NCBI GenBank assembly: GCA_950097015.1
Contig: CATNEN010000003.1
Coordinates: forward strand, 3,720,001-3,784,000
DNA: 64,000 nt
Origin: Macrostomum hystrix
Lineage: Eukaryota > Animalia > Platyhelminthes
Reading direction: 5' to 3'
Shown here piece after piece: positions 62,986-64,000 of the stretch (the stretch's first letter is position 1; each line of letters starts with the position of its first letter). Under the pieces are notes generated by a model that was not told the DNA's origin, did not search any database, and was given only the letters and a program-made list of their open reading frames with translations. A program made the translations under genes and the position numbers.

Positions 62986-64000
62986 ATGCTACCAGATCCT
63001 AGTATCAAACTTTATCGCACCAGCTTCATACTACATGCGATTCTAACATCAATTCTGCCGCTTGCTGTCACAGCGAACCCCAGCTTCCGAGGCAGGGTAA
63101 TCACCAACGGTTGTCCCGTATCCGTGCTGGACTTCGGGCCCAACCTTGAAGGCACACAGGGCCAGCGAGTGTGGTCTGTTGAACCCCTGATGTGTGTCAC
63201 AGCCAATCTAAGCGAGCTGAAGCCTAGCTTCGATCCGGTGACGCGTAGGACGTACCTGAGTGTGCCGGTACTGCTGGCGGACAAAGGCGAGATGTTGATC
63301 AACGCTGCGCGCCAGCTCGGTCTTCTGGATGCTAGGCAGCTGACGTATGCCGGCATCGCCGATATAACAGTCCTGGGCGACGCCTTTGGGCTGGAAACTG
63401 ATCTCATTGTTGCGCTGGACTTTGTGTGGACACCGCCGCAATCTCTTGGTTTCCTGTGGCTGGGCTGTCGAACTGCGAATCGCTGCGATGAATTGTGAGG
63501 CTGCTTGGAAGAAACAGATCTGATGATGTTTTACTTTTTAAAAAATTGTTTTTTTAAGAGGGTCGTGGTCTTGTGGTTTGAGCATTGATGTACGAGCATC
63601 AAGCTGTGAGGTGTAATTTCTATCTCTTTAACCCTCAACCAAAGATAGATTTACAGATAGATAAAACAGAGAGATTGATAACACCTAGCCCAGTTCTGCT
63701 GCAAGCTCCAACCAATGGCTGTGTACAGCTGTTCAAACCACCGAGTTTGAGTTCCAAGCTTCCTGACCCAAAGTCCTGACCCAAAGTTGAAATAATTTTT
63801 TTTAATTCAGGCTTGTAGCCCACCAGGCCGAGGCAATTGAGAGCACCCGATTGTCGGCCTCTCTCTTGGGACTCACCGGAAACGTCAGCTCGCCTTTCAC
63901 CTATCGTCTGACTCTAAAAAACCAAGCCTACTCTGCTGTGGACAGTACAGGCAGTCACGGCATGATTCGACCGCCAATTTGTCGCCAACTGCGACCTATT
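62986..64000 (+). CDS. uncharacterised secreted/membrane protein, 5' part (runs off window)
   Basis: Exon 1 62986-63494 with hydrophobic leader FILHAILTSILPLAVTA. Phase-2 donor TT|gtgagg joins acceptor ttcag|G at 63811, and the frame stays open to 64000. Confidence 0.7.

Overview
Eukaryotic (animal) genomic DNA, not prokaryotic. It has GT-AG spliced genes with GC-rich exons in AT-rich, minisatellite-packed introns. This architecture resembles a macrostomid flatworm such as Macrostomum, which is an inference from style only. Left to right: a hAT-type MITE filled with a 19-bp repeat; a spliced gene for an uncharacterised secreted protein (-); a two-exon F-box gene (-) with a decayed paralog beside it; a 7-exon kinesin-1 heavy chain gene (-) head-to-head with a 5-exon fizzy-related/Cdh1 gene (+); two non-autonomous Helitrons, each carrying a PIF1-helicase fragment and the same nested MITE; and about 20 minisatellite arrays. 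Two tRNA-derived SINE families are dispersed through the window. From 42.8 to 62.0 kb lies a tandem cluster of five secreted WSC + PAN/Apple-like genes (four intact, one broken), followed by the start of another secreted-protein gene. The best candidate for an undescribed system is that cluster. Its WSC exons are divergent and mosaic, while the PAN-like last exon is almost nucleotide-identical in every copy, giving a variable-plus-constant arrangement apparently maintained by gene conversion. Most long ORFs in the supplied track are artefacts of tandem repeats. All gene models were derived by eye from reading-frame and splice-phase consistency; no database search was run.
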